Source of the DNA: a virus
Lineage: Duplodnaviria > Caudoviricetes
Direction: 5' to 3' (one strand)
DNA length: 56,006 nt
IMG/VR virus record: IMGVR_UViG_3300038856_000078
Span: 1 to 56,006 of that record
The translations under genes and the position numbers were made by a program. Shown piece by piece: positions 28,326 to 38,371 of the stretch. How positions within the stretch are numbered: position 1 is the stretch's first letter; each line of letters begins with the position of its first letter. The notes under the pieces are model-generated. The model did not search any database. It saw only the letters and a list, made by a program, of their open reading frames with translations, and was not told the origin of the DNA.

Positions 28326-28750
28326 TGCTTTCTCACGATTCCGAGGGGGGTTTCTTCGTTTTCATGACGGAAAATGACGTCTCCGGGTTGAGGTTTGTAC
28401 GGAATTGCTCCTTTTTTGAGAAGTTCGAGTCTTCGCTCTTTTGGGTTGTTGTGCTGAAACGTGGTGATGATCTTGTCGCCCAGCTTCCAGACGGGGGCCT
28501 TGAGCTCCGGGCACGGGAGCCCGACGATAGTCAGCACTTTTCGTAGATCGTTCGGGATCTTGTTGCCCCTGCCTTTCTTGCTCGCCGTCTCAGGTTGTGA
28601 CCTCCTTCTGGACGTTAGCGCCCAGAATCCGTTCCCTCCGTCCGATATCTCTCGGTACGTCTCGAAGTAGTCGAGGAGGAACTTTTGTTCGTCTCTTGTT
28701 ACCTCGTAAATGGCGTCTTCACCGTGGTTGCTGAGCACTACGTAGAACAT
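28322..28750 (-). CDS. Hypothetical protein
   Basis: SD AGGAG upstream; coupled to the downstream gene. Confidence 0.65.
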   Translation of the reverse strand: MFYVVLSNHGEDAIYEVTRDEQKFLLDYFETYREISDGGNGFWALTSRRRSQPETASKKGRGNKIPNDLRKVLTIVGLPCPELKAPVWKLGDKIITTFQHNNPKERRLELLKKGAIPYKPQPGDVIFRHENEETPLGIVRKQ

Positions 28751-28797
28751 TTTTGGTCTCCTAATGGGGGAAAATAAGTGGAATACCCCATTCTACC

Positions 28798-28813
28798 TGC
28801 AAATAATTTGCCG
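28798..28813 (-). promoter_or_regulatory. Sigma54-like -24/-12 element
   Basis: CGGCAAATTATTTGCA (GG-N10-GC) about 48 nt upstream of ATG 28750. Confidence 0.45.
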
Positions 28814-28814
28814 T

Positions 28815-29335
28815 CCCGTCTGCGATTTTAGGCGGGACCGGGTTAAGTGTTTAGGGGTACGGGGTTTACCCCAAATGGTCCCACTTGGGAGGTTTCGCCT
28901 ATATACGGCTATTCCCTTTAATGTATTATAACTTATAAGTTATTCTTTAGGGGTTTTAAATAAACTAATAGAGAAAGAGAATTAGGCGGGTCAGGCGGGA
29001 CCGGTCTTGTGGTGTCTTCTTGGGACATGCTTCAAAGGCTCAGGAAGGGGCCTGGCTTGGGTTGTGTGGCTCTTGGGGGAGATTTGTGGGCTCTGGGTCA
29101 TATGAGGTGTTGAGGCGCTTAGAATCGAATTGTGGGGTTATTTGAAAAGTGTCCAGAAGTTGGGCAGTTTTTGTGTTGTTGTAGCTTGTGGGGAATATTT
29201 CGCAGTGTGAGTTGTTGGCGTCGGGCCCGCTGGCCTGGGTGTGGCAAATTGTCGCAGGCTATACATGCCGTGCGCGTGACCATGAAATTTCGTGGTTGGG
29301 TAAAGTGTCAGATTTTCTGACAGTTATGGAGTTGG
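28815..29335. other. Noncoding origin/terminus-like region
   Basis: AT-rich core, 16 bp palindrome at 28928-28943, repeated AGGCGGGACCGG. Confidence 0.45.
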
Positions 29336-29337
29336 TG

Positions 29338-29370
29338 AAAAATGCCCGGCCAGAGTTATCCGACCGGGCG
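29338..29370 (-). terminator. Rho-independent terminator
   Basis: Minus strand GCCCGGTCGG-ataact-CTGGCCGGGC followed by ATTTTT, after the last small gene of the leftward cluster. Confidence 0.7.
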
Positions 29371-29380
29371 AGCCACCACT

Positions 29381-31677
29381 CAGTCGTTCAGTTCGAAGCC
29401 TGTGTATCCTACGTCCGGGTGAACGAACGCCACGTTCCCCGACCCGTCGTCTCGGAGCTCAAGTCCCGACGACTTAAGCACGTCGAGAATTTTCATTTTC
29501 GCCTCGATACACGTGTCGTTGATCTTGTCGAATTCGGCCTTAGTCATGCGTTTCTCCGATTCGTCTCATGTAACAGTCCACAAGCCGCCCGACCAGAAAC
29601 ACTGGCCTGGCGACTACGAATGCGATAGCGAGTGATTCAGCAATCATGTTCGACGTTACTCGGTTCTACACGAAGTCCGTAATAGGTTGCGTCGTGACGC
29701 TCAAACGACCCTTCTGGATAGATTGTTGGGTCTACGAATATAGCGTAAGTACCGTCTTGGTCCGCCTGACAAGCCTTGTGACAAGGGGATCCTGCTGGAA
29801 CAATGTATCCTCGGCTTTTGAATTCTTTGATTGTTCTCATATGTTCATTTCCCTATAGCCAGCAGTACGAGCCCCAGAGGCAGCTTCATAAGCTCCGCGA
29901 ATCCCTGCAGCTCACGATATAGCCCTCTGAAGCCCCTTAACTTCGCTTCTACGGGCCTCGAGTCCCATGACGTGAGGTACGTGTCCCGACACCTCCAAAG
30001 AGCGCCACGAAGCAAGATAACGTGTCCAGGGTCTATCACTGTTCTTTCCATTTTCTCGCCTTCTGTTTCTTGCGGTTTAGTCTCTTAATTCGCTTCCTAC
30101 GCTTCCGCTTCTTCTCCTCTTTCCTGTCGGCCTCTTTGTCATGGGGGAGTAACCACGGCGGTTTCATTCGTCTTCTCCTCACTCCTACATTAGCGGGGAA
30201 ATGGCGAACAAACGATTCAAGGGTCTGTCAAACTCAGCCAGCACTTCGGCCAGAGTCTCTCCGGGCTTCGCCCACGTGCGGCCAAGTTCGAGCAAGGTGT
30301 CGTCGTCCCATGCGTGGTCGTCAGTGTAGACAATCAAAGCTTCCCATATGTCGAAAACCTTGTCGCTTTTCAGGATAGGCTTACCTTTGATCTTGCGTCG
30401 TTTCATTTCGTCTTCTCCTTCTCAATCCAGGGCAACACAAACCAGAACACCACACCCACGGGCCCAGTCAACACGGCAACCAGCAGGAAGTATGTCAGGG
30501 TTTTGTTCACGAGTAGTATTCCTCCAAAATCCGCCTCGCTTCCCTCTCGCATGCCGCCGCGATTTTCCCGGCCGTATCCGTGTTCAGTCCCTGCTGATCA
30601 AACCAGTCGAAGTTCATATGCCAGAATCCGCCGACCTTGTCCGGGTGCCCGTCGTCGAGCATATGTTCGATTGCGCGCTTGTCTTGTGGGTACATGGGCT
30701 ATCTCTCTCCTCTCGCGACCTTCGGATAAAGGTCCACACGTTGCCAGTCTTGCTCTCGGTTGATTTCCATGCTGGTCACAACCCACTCCGACGGCCAGCG
30801 GCCGACAACGTCACCGATATCGAGTTCAGGACCTTCCGACCTCTGGCCTGTGCCGACGTTTGGGTGATAGGTATAGATTCGTGTCATACTCCCTCCCTCG
30901 CGTCCTTAATCGCCTCGTCCTCAGTCTCAAACGGCCCTACAGGCTCACCGTCGGGCAAACAGCCAGGGAAGCATGGCCACCAATACCAGCCCTCGTCAAG
31001 TCTGTCCCCGTCGCATTCGGCGTATGCATTGTGGTCCACGCTATGAAAAACCTCAGCGTCCGGCAGCGCGTGCTCGTCCGTCTCACGGCTCGGGTCGGTG
31101 TAGAATTGGGACATGTTAGTCCTCCTCTGGTCTCAGGCCAAGGTCTTTCAATCCGGACAACACGGTCGCGACGCAGTGGTTCATTTCCGCATGCTCAAGA
31201 CGCCCGTCATTCTGGGACTTGTCCCACGAAAGGCAATCCTCGCAGTAGAAACGATCTCCGGACTGCTCGCCACAAAGTCTGCACTCGTTCATTCTTCCTC
31301 CATCGCGCCCAGTCCCACAAGGACTGCGGCGATCATGGCTTCGTCGTACAGCCCGCTGAACTGTTCGTCCAGCCGGTCCCAGTATTCGTGAATCAGGGTG
31401 TCGTCAGTCATTCCGGGTTCTCCGAGCTTGCGAGGAGAGGCCGGAGGGCCGCTCCATGCTGGTTAATGGTTAGGCGACCTGAGACCAGCGCCCGCGAGCA
31501 CGACGGAACCGCAGGGGATTCTCCGCCTCGTTCAGCGGGTGGACGCGGTACTCGTCCTGGTCCCAGCTCGAGTAGAAAAGCTCGCGCCAGATCGCTTTGA
31601 CGTCGGCGAGTGAGTGCGCGAAGAAGAACGAGGTGATACGGCCGGTTGCGGTGTGGACTGCGACGATCTCGATCATG
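29381..31677 (-). other. Cluster of about 12 small early-type ORFs (e.g. 29637-29840, 29845-30051, 30185-30406, 30507-30695, 30699-30887, 30884-31114)
   Basis: Short ORFs with SD sequences, many with overlapping stop/start, between a promoter and a terminator. Confidence 0.65.
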
Positions 31678-31715
31678 GTGAGGCTCCTGTGGGTTGCGTC
31701 GTTCGAGGACACTGA

Positions 31716-31744
31716 ACCATACAACGAGGCCAGCGGTCTGTCAA
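31716..31744 (-). promoter_or_regulatory. Sigma70-type early promoter
   Basis: TTGACA-17nt-TATGGT with extended TG. Confidence 0.7.
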
Positions 31745-31777
31745 GGCGAATCTGGGGATTTGGTGGTGTGCCCTGGG

Positions 31778-31827
31778 GCAAGAGTCGTGCCGTGCGGAGC
31801 TCGAGGCTTGTAGCAAGAGTCGTGCCG
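31778..31827 (-). promoter_or_regulatory. Two identical 15 bp sigma54-like elements
   Basis: CGGCACGACTCTTGC at 31778-31792 and 31813-31827; fits GGCACG-N4-TTGC. Confidence 0.6.
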
Positions 31828-31941
31828 AACACCCCCTGGTCGAAACGCGATGGGGACAAAGCGTTTTGTGAGGAGCGCGGGTCGCCGCACGCGCATTTCA
31901 AAATATTTTTCCAAAAAATGATACACAACGCACACCTTTTG

Positions 31942-31950
31942 TGCTATAAT
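31942..31950 (+). promoter_or_regulatory. Extended -10 promoter for the rightward operon
   Basis: TGCTATAAT upstream of SD AAGGAG and ATG 31993. Confidence 0.55.
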
Positions 31951-31992
31951 ACCAAAATTGTACACCGTAAACCTCTAACCCAAGGAGCCTCA

Positions 31993-32256
31993 ATGAACAT
32001 TCCCGACGAACTCTTCGAGACAAACGAAAATGTTGATATTCACTACACCGGCACCCCAGTAAGAGGAGAAAGCGCTTGGGTAGTCAAAACGTCCTGTATA
32101 TCAGGGGTGGGCCACTCATTTGAGAAAGCGTATGAAAGGAATAAAGAAAATGTGAGGAGGGAAGAATTGAAAAACAAGTTTAATGAGTTTTTAATGAATT
32201 ATCCTTCTAAAGACAATCTTGAAGCCCTCAACACCTTCCTTGAGACAAATCAGTAA
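31993..32256 (+). CDS. Hypothetical protein
   Basis: MNIPDELF start after AAGGAG. Confidence 0.6.
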   Translation: MNIPDELFETNENVDIHYTGTPVRGESAWVVKTSCISGVGHSFEKAYERNKENVRREELKNKFNEFLMNYPSKDNLEALNTFLETNQ

Positions 32257-32474
32257 TGGCTTCTAAAAATTACCGAATAATCCCCAAGTCAGTCAACCCG
32301 AAAGAGGCACGAAAACAGGAGCTCGAAGAGTTCTTCTCCGACGCCTTCTTCAACGATGATGACTACCTCGCCAACCCCGAACAGTACGAACCCCTCCGCC
32401 AAGAACTCGCAGAACTCAACAACGAACTCGACCCCGACCCCTTCAACTTCACCGATGAGGAATTAGAGGATTAA
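32256..32474 (+). CDS. Small, highly acidic protein
   Basis: D/E-rich C-terminal two thirds; coupled TAATG junctions on both sides. Confidence 0.6.
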   Translation: MASKNYRIIPKSVNPKEARKQELEEFFSDAFFNDDDYLANPEQYEPLRQELAELNNELDPDPFNFTDEELED

Positions 32475-33013
32475 TGCCGCATAAAACGAAGGAGGCGAGG
32501 AACAAGCGCCACAAAGAGCGTATTGCGGAGATGACTCCTGAAGAAAAAATTGAGTGGAATAAGAAAATTGCCGCAAACGCAAGAGCCTACCGAAAAAAGA
32601 TGACAGAGGAATCAAGACAAAAGAGAAGAGACCTACTAAAGAAATATTATTGGGAAGACCCAAAAAGGGGCAGAGAAAGAAGTCGCGAGAATTACAGAAA
32701 GTATGTGAAAGATAGAATCCCGACTCCTAAAAGACAAGTTGCTAATATTAAACATAAAATAAAGAAGTTTGGATTAACACTTCTGGATTATTACGCAGCT
32801 CAATCGTTGGGGTGTGAGATTTGTAGAGATCAATTTGTCCGTGGGAAAACAAACGCAAAATCTATGTGTGTAGACCACTGCCACACCGCTGAAGTTTTCA
32901 GAGGTTTTATTTGTAATTCGTGCAATATTGCGTTAGGCAAGTTTCAAGATAGTCCGGATACACTAAATCGGGCCATAAAGTATCTTCTTGACAAAAGGAT
33001 AAAAACCACATGA
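32474..33013 (+). CDS. Recombination endonuclease VII-family (His-Me) nuclease
   Basis: CEIC...VDHCH...RGFICNSCN.ALG.FQD.....RAIKYL; AT-rich DNA. Confidence 0.9.
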   Translation: MPHKTKEARNKRHKERIAEMTPEEKIEWNKKIAANARAYRKKMTEESRQKRRDLLKKYYWEDPKRGRERSRENYRKYVKDRIPTPKRQVANIKHKIKKFGLTLLDYYAAQSLGCEICRDQFVRGKTNAKSMCVDHCHTAEVFRGFICNSCNIALGKFQDSPDTLNRAIKYLLDKRIKTT

Positions 33014-33567
33014 AACACATCCGCTCTCAAAATTTAGCGTACGCAGGCGTCACGCGTGTAGTCGCCCCAACCCCGCGCCCTGACCTTCCTTTCGTGGGGA
33101 TAGCCGCCCAGCTTGACGGCAATTCCTCGAGCATCAAGCCTAAGATTGTTTGGGTAGAAGATTCGCAGTTCCCCCAGCGCAAGGAGTACCACATTCTCCT
33201 GCTCCGCGGCGATAGGGAAGTCGAACACGCAGACTTCAAGAACCCAACCTTCCTCTTTACGACCTACGACCAGAATCGACGTACAGGTGGGGTAGCAACC
33301 GCATGGCTCGTGGATCCCATTCCGCAGCCCGAGAAGCCTGTTTTCAAGGAGCCCAAGCGTCCCAAGGTCGATTACACGAGCCCCGAGGCCCGCGAAGCGT
33401 TGGCAGCACATGAAAAGAAGCTACGCCTCAAGGCCCAGCAGGACGCTGCGCTGCTCAATACGGAGGAGACGTCAATCGAGGAGGATCCTGATCTAAATAC
33501 CGCGGAGAAGCCCATCGAGGAAGACGCCGAAGCCCTCCTTGAGGAATTCTTTGGGGAGGATAAATGA
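33010..33567 (+). CDS. Hypothetical protein
   Basis: 185 aa coupled ORF with acidic tail. Confidence 0.6.
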   Translation: MKHIRSQNLAYAGVTRVVAPTPRPDLPFVGIAAQLDGNSSSIKPKIVWVEDSQFPQRKEYHILLLRGDREVEHADFKNPTFLFTTYDQNRRTGGVATAWLVDPIPQPEKPVFKEPKRPKVDYTSPEAREALAAHEKKLRLKAQQDAALLNTEETSIEEDPDLNTAEKPIEEDAEALLEEFFGEDK

Positions 33568-33851
33568 ACGTAAAATCCCAGAAGAAAATCCCCTTCCCCA
33601 TCTATCAAGGCTCTCCCGACGAGACCCGCGACATGGTAATCTCGCGCATGGTGGACCAGTTGGGAGATGTTGTATTGCCGCCTGAGTTCTACACAACTCT
33701 CGCTAACCTCATCAACCAGAAGTTTCTCGAGTCCCCGGTCGAGGCTATGCGGAAGGACCTTGAAGACCTCAATGCCAAGATTCGAGCACTTGAGGCAACT
33801 ATGAACATTCAGCAGAGGACACCGAAGCGTTATGCCGCCAACGGGAGATAG
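33564..33851 (+). CDS. Hypothetical protein
   Basis: SD GGAGG; coiled-coil C-terminus. Confidence 0.55.
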   Translation: MNVKSQKKIPFPIYQGSPDETRDMVISRMVDQLGDVVLPPEFYTTLANLINQKFLESPVEAMRKDLEDLNAKIRALEATMNIQQRTPKRYAANGR

Positions 33852-34110
33852 CCCCAAGCAACTGGCCAATCACCTTGTGATGAGGATTCTGAAGAACATT
33901 CGCCGCAAGGTGGCGTCCTACGAGCGGGCGGAGGAGAAGCATGACGTTGAGACCATGATTCTCAATCAGCTCAGCGAGGAGGAGCAGGCGTTTATCAAGG
34001 CGCAGGCCGCACTGGATGAGGACGCGCCGCAGGAAGACCACAACGAGACTGTACTACAGGATATTCCAATTGACAAACTCCTCGAAATGTACCGAGATTT
34101 CCGAAACTGA
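33832..34110 (+). CDS. Hypothetical helical protein (alternative TerS candidate)
   Basis: Position upstream of TerL; no diagnostic motif. Confidence 0.45.
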   Translation: MPPTGDSPKQLANHLVMRILKNIRRKVASYERAEEKHDVETMILNQLSEEEQAFIKAQAALDEDAPQEDHNETVLQDIPIDKLLEMYRDFRN

Positions 34111-34777
34111 GCAATTCGCGAAGGACTTGACCTCGAGTTTTACGCGGGCAAAGCCGGAGCGGCACACCCCGGAATTCCTCACTGAGGCGCAGGGCCATAT
34201 AACAAAGCAAAATCAAGATTGGAAGCAGAAGAATCTCAAACAGAAACTGGAGTTCATAAATAATAACCTTGACTTCGTAGTTATGGGCCTTCCTGGTGGG
34301 GGAACGACCTTTGTCGCGAACCTCCTGTCCGCGTGTAAGACCAAAACGGGCCACGAGGCCGTGTTTCACCAGTCGAATACCTTAAAGTACGACCAGATTT
34401 GGGCTGCGGGTATAAAAGGCGACTGTTCTGGGTTCTTATATCCTTGGCGAAAACTCTTAACCACTCCAACTGTCTATACAATTGTCCGGGACCCGCTTGA
34501 TACAATCAATTCTCTCGTCCAGAGGCATAACAAGACGTTTGAAGAGGCTTGTGAGCTCGTGACTCAGGTCTATCAGCACAGACCGAACACGTTCCGCCTG
34601 CAAAGCATTATAGACCTCGTTCAAATCATCACGAAATGGCCTCGGCCTTCCATTATGCGGCAAATTGACCTTTTGGGGAAGGGAGGACGCAACTACCACG
34701 GGACCTCACGTAAAATAACACACGACGACCTGCCCAAAGCAGTACAGGACCTACGAGAATATTGGGACTATGAATAA
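34016..34777 (+). CDS. Sulfotransferase-fold protein (second copy), start uncertain
   Basis: FVVMGLPGGGTTF, GHEAVF, IVRDPLDTINS; collinear with 17408..18205. Confidence 0.68.
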   Translation: MRTRRRKTTTRLYYRIFQLTNSSKCTEISETEQFAKDLTSSFTRAKPERHTPEFLTEAQGHITKQNQDWKQKNLKQKLEFINNNLDFVVMGLPGGGTTFVANLLSACKTKTGHEAVFHQSNTLKYDQIWAAGIKGDCSGFLYPWRKLLTTPTVYTIVRDPLDTINSLVQRHNKTFEEACELVTQVYQHRPNTFRLQSIIDLVQIITKWPRPSIMRQIDLLGKGGRNYHGTSRKITHDDLPKAVQDLREYWDYE

Positions 34778-34805
34778 TATTCGCAATTCGCGAACCACGA
34801 ATTAA

Positions 34806-36344
34806 ATGACTGATATTCTAAACGACGCATACGACGGATTCAAGCCCAAAAACCAATCAAAGGAGGTTCAGCAGGCGCTAAAGGCGCAGATGGTGCGAGA
34901 GTTCTGGAAACGCGGCTGCCTGAGGTACAAATGCCGCCCCGGAGGGCAGGCCGAGCTCTATGACAAGATTCACGCGCAGCCCAAGACGAAAGAGGGGCTG
35001 AAACCGGTTGTAGCACTCTGTCACCGTAGGTTTGGGAAGAGCTACCTTAGCTCTACACTGGGAATTGAGCGCTGCATCGCGCAGCCTGGGGCTGAGGTCT
35101 ATTTTTGTACGGATACGAAGCGTCACTCGAGGAAAATTCTGGAGGAGAGCCTCTATAGCATATTTGGAGACATGCCTGACTTCATCTCGTACCGAACGCG
35201 GGAGAAGTTCTACTTTTTTCGTATGAAGCACTGGCCCAAAGGGCAGGAATCCATGTTGGTCTTGGAAGGGCTAAATCACAACATGGGTGCGGACATGCGG
35301 GGTGGAAAGGCGGATCTTGTAATTATTGACGAAGCACGGGATGTTAAGAACCTGGAGTACGTGGTGACGAGTGTTATTGGGCCTATGTTTAAAGGCCGGC
35401 CAAATCCGACCCTCGTAATGTGCTCGACGCCGCCTGAGTCTCTGGACCATGATTTTGTGACTGTCTACTACGAAAATGCGAGAAATACTGATTCCTTGGT
35501 TGTGATTCCAGCGTCGAAGAATCCGGATTGGACGGAGATTGACACGAAGTTGATGTTGGATCAGTTCAAGACCAAGGAGTCAATGGGCTGGAGGCGCGAA
35601 ATCGAATGCGAAATGATTCCAGACACGACACGGGTCATTATCCCAGAGTGGGAAAAGGCAAGGAAGACCTGTGTTATCGAGCCTGTGGCAAAGCGTCCCG
35701 CGTTCTACCCAGCATATGTCTCAATTGACGCTGGCTGGAAGGACCATACCGGAGCGCTGTTCGCGTATTATGACTTCAACCAAGACAAGATTATAATCGT
35801 GGACGAAATTTTTGTCAACTATATTCCTACAGAAGACTTTGCCGAGATTCTTGTTGACAAACTCAAAAAGCACTTTCCCGCTAATGACCACCTGAGAATC
35901 ATATCCGAGAGTAATGCCCTAAACCTCGCGGACCTGAATCGGGCAATTCAGAAGTTGGGAGATTATCACGTATCTGAGGCTGATAAGTTCGATAGGGACG
36001 CCTCAATTAATAACCTGCGGTCCGGGATACAGGCAGGAAAGGTTCTCGTTCAGAAAAACTGTGAAGAGACGATTAATCAGTTCATGAATGGGACGTGGAA
36101 CATTAAGAAGACAGGATTTGACAGGTCGCCACGAATGGGTCATTGCGATTTGATTTCCGCGGCGTACTACCTCTATAAAAAAGTCGTGTGGGGCGAAAAC
36201 CTTAGCTCAGCCCCCAGCAGAACATGGCAAGAAGGAATCCAGCACAATCCTTTTGCCCCAGCACATGTCGAGGAGAAAAAAGCAGTGGTTACTAAAATAT
36301 TCGGCGGGGGGAGATTTCAACAGAGGCGGAGGAAGTTCAGATGA
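34806..36344 (+). CDS. terL: Terminase large subunit
   Basis: Walker A HRRFGKS, Walker B VIIDEA, STP coupling motif, nuclease IDAG...HCD. Confidence 0.93.
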   Translation: MTDILNDAYDGFKPKNQSKEVQQALKAQMVREFWKRGCLRYKCRPGGQAELYDKIHAQPKTKEGLKPVVALCHRRFGKSYLSSTLGIERCIAQPGAEVYFCTDTKRHSRKILEESLYSIFGDMPDFISYRTREKFYFFRMKHWPKGQESMLVLEGLNHNMGADMRGGKADLVIIDEARDVKNLEYVVTSVIGPMFKGRPNPTLVMCSTPPESLDHDFVTVYYENARNTDSLVVIPASKNPDWTEIDTKLMLDQFKTKESMGWRREIECEMIPDTTRVIIPEWEKARKTCVIEPVAKRPAFYPAYVSIDAGWKDHTGALFAYYDFNQDKIIIVDEIFVNYIPTEDFAEILVDKLKKHFPANDHLRIISESNALNLADLNRAIQKLGDYHVSEADKFDRDASINNLRSGIQAGKVLVQKNCEETINQFMNGTWNIKKTGFDRSPRMGHCDLISAAYYLYKKVVWGENLSSAPSRTWQEGIQHNPFAPAHVEEKKAVVTKIFGGGRFQQRRRKFR

Positions 36345-38362
36345 TGGAAGACGAAGAAGATGATATGACGGAAGAGGAGAAGGACCCTACAGAATCCTAT
36401 TGGTGGAGGGAGGAGGACGAACAGCAACTCGCCTCGGAGTTTCAGAGCATGGTGGACGACCATCAGAACTTCACGCGGACCTCGACCTACTTCAACTGGT
36501 GCCGGCGCGTATGGCTCTTTTACTACAAGATGGCGTTTGGGGATAATGCGAGCGATTACTACGACCTTGGCGTCTCCTTCATGGGAGACGAAGGGGAGCT
36601 GGTTGCGGCGCAGATTAACCACTTTCGGAACCTTCTAAAGCACCGCGTAAACCTTGTCACGAAGGACCGGCCGTCGCTAATTTGTAGGGCTCGAAACACA
36701 GACCTCGAGAGTCAGACCCAGACTGACTTTGGGAACAATATTATTGACTACTACATGAAGGAGAAGGACGTCGAGGCTCGTCTGGTACGTTGTGCAGAGC
36801 ACGCGGCGCTCTTCGGCGAAGGTTTCCTTGTCATGACGTGGGACCCCAATTTGGGAGACGATGACGACGCAGACGAGGAAACAGGAGAGATTTCCCATAA
36901 GGGCGACCTGCGATTCGAAAACGTAACGACGTGGAACGTGATTCGAGACTGGCGGGTACGCGACAATAATCATAATTGGCTCGGAACTCGCCGCCCCGTC
37001 AATAAGTGGGACCTCGCGGCGGAATATCCGGAACACGCGAAGAAGATTCTTGCAGCGGATGAATGGATTGATATTCCACTTGAAGAGGGCCAGAGGCCGC
37101 TCGACGAAGAGCGATACTGGATGGATTCGGACCAGATTGAGGTCATGGAATTCTGGCACAAGCGCTCCTCGGCGCTGCCTCAGGGTCGATACATCCTGAT
37201 TTGCAACGGCGAGGTTCTTCAGGACCTCGCTTGGGACTACGACGAGGTGCCTATCAAGCGGCTTGTCGCCGGGGAAATGGCGCTTTCTCCGTATCCCTAC
37301 ACCGAGGCCTTCGACCTTGTCACGATTCAGGAACTTCTCAATAACTGTATCTCAACGATTGCCACGAACCAGAATGCATGGGGCGTGCAGTCAATTTGGA
37401 TGAAGTCAGGGTCCATGCTTCGAATCTCGGAGATTCTGGGTGGCATGAATCTAATTGAGTCGGACGAGGAGCCTACGGCGGTTCAGCTAACGGCGACACC
37501 CAACGAAGTGTATACGTTTGCGGATAGCCTCGTTAAACACGGAGAGCAAATTGCGGGAATTGACGAGGTGACCCGCGGCTACGCGAGCCCCAACGTGCGA
37601 GCCGGGAACTTCGCGGCTCTGCTTCAGACCCAGTCGCTGCAGTTCTCCTCGGAGCTCGTGCGGGGCTACCACAAGCTTCTTGAGGGCATTGGCACAGGCA
37701 TCATTCGCCTGATTCGCCAGTTCGCAACCACCGAGCGCGTGCTCACCATTGTGGGTAAGCACAACAAGCCTTACACGAAGTCCTATTTGGGCTCGGACCT
37801 CGAGTTGATTGACCGCGTAAACGTTGAGACGGTTGACCCAATGTTTAACTCGTACGCCGGAAAAATGGACTGGGCACAGTTGATTGCGGGCACGGGCCTG
37901 ATTCATACCCCAGAAGAGATGCTCAACGTGTTCCGGACTGGAAACCCCGATTCGCTTCTCGAGGCAGATAAGGCGCAGCTCAATATCATGCGCGAGGAGA
38001 ACGAGCTGTTGCTTGAGGGGCAAGAGGTTCCGGATGCTATTCCCGAGGATAACCAGATTCTACACCTCAGGGAACATGCTGCTTCTCTGGGGTCGATTGA
38101 AGTACGTAACAATCCGGAGATTCGTGGTGCGGTTCAGGCCCATATGATGAGCCATATCAACTTGCTTTTGGGCGATAACAATACTCAGATGATGCAGACA
38201 ATGTTGGGCTATGAGAGCCCCATTCCGCCTGGAGCGGCGCAGGACGGCACAGGGATGCCTGTCGCGGCTCCCATGGGGAATCAGCCCCAGCCAGGCGGCC
38301 CTCCGCAGCCCACAGCACAGAAACCCCCGTCAGATCAACCCCCGCAACCCAACCAGATTTAA
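36341..38362 (+). CDS. Portal protein (P22-like size)
   Basis: 673 aa directly after TerL; helical; Pro/Gln-rich tail. Confidence 0.85.
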   Translation: MMEDEEDDMTEEEKDPTESYWWREEDEQQLASEFQSMVDDHQNFTRTSTYFNWCRRVWLFYYKMAFGDNASDYYDLGVSFMGDEGELVAAQINHFRNLLKHRVNLVTKDRPSLICRARNTDLESQTQTDFGNNIIDYYMKEKDVEARLVRCAEHAALFGEGFLVMTWDPNLGDDDDADEETGEISHKGDLRFENVTTWNVIRDWRVRDNNHNWLGTRRPVNKWDLAAEYPEHAKKILAADEWIDIPLEEGQRPLDEERYWMDSDQIEVMEFWHKRSSALPQGRYILICNGEVLQDLAWDYDEVPIKRLVAGEMALSPYPYTEAFDLVTIQELLNNCISTIATNQNAWGVQSIWMKSGSMLRISEILGGMNLIESDEEPTAVQLTATPNEVYTFADSLVKHGEQIAGIDEVTRGYASPNVRAGNFAALLQTQSLQFSSELVRGYHKLLEGIGTGIIRLIRQFATTERVLTIVGKHNKPYTKSYLGSDLELIDRVNVETVDPMFNSYAGKMDWAQLIAGTGLIHTPEEMLNVFRTGNPDSLLEADKAQLNIMREENELLLEGQEVPDAIPEDNQILHLREHAASLGSIEVRNNPEIRGAVQAHMMSHINLLLGDNNTQMMQTMLGYESPIPPGAAQDGTGMPVAAPMGNQPQPGGPPQPTAQKPPSDQPPQPNQI

Positions 38363-38371
38363 GGAGGCCAT

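Noticed and set aside
28928-28943. loxP-like site (ATAACTT...AAGTTAT)
   Set aside because: Only the outer 7 bp arms match, there is no spacer, and no tyrosine recombinase is present.
29242-29256. Additional sigma54 site TGGCAAATTGTCGCA
   Set aside because: GG-to-GC spacing is 9 nt rather than the required 10.
32474-33013. Intron- or intein-associated homing endonuclease
   Set aside because: Free-standing, coupled to neighbours and interrupts no gene; it may still be mobile given its AT-richness.
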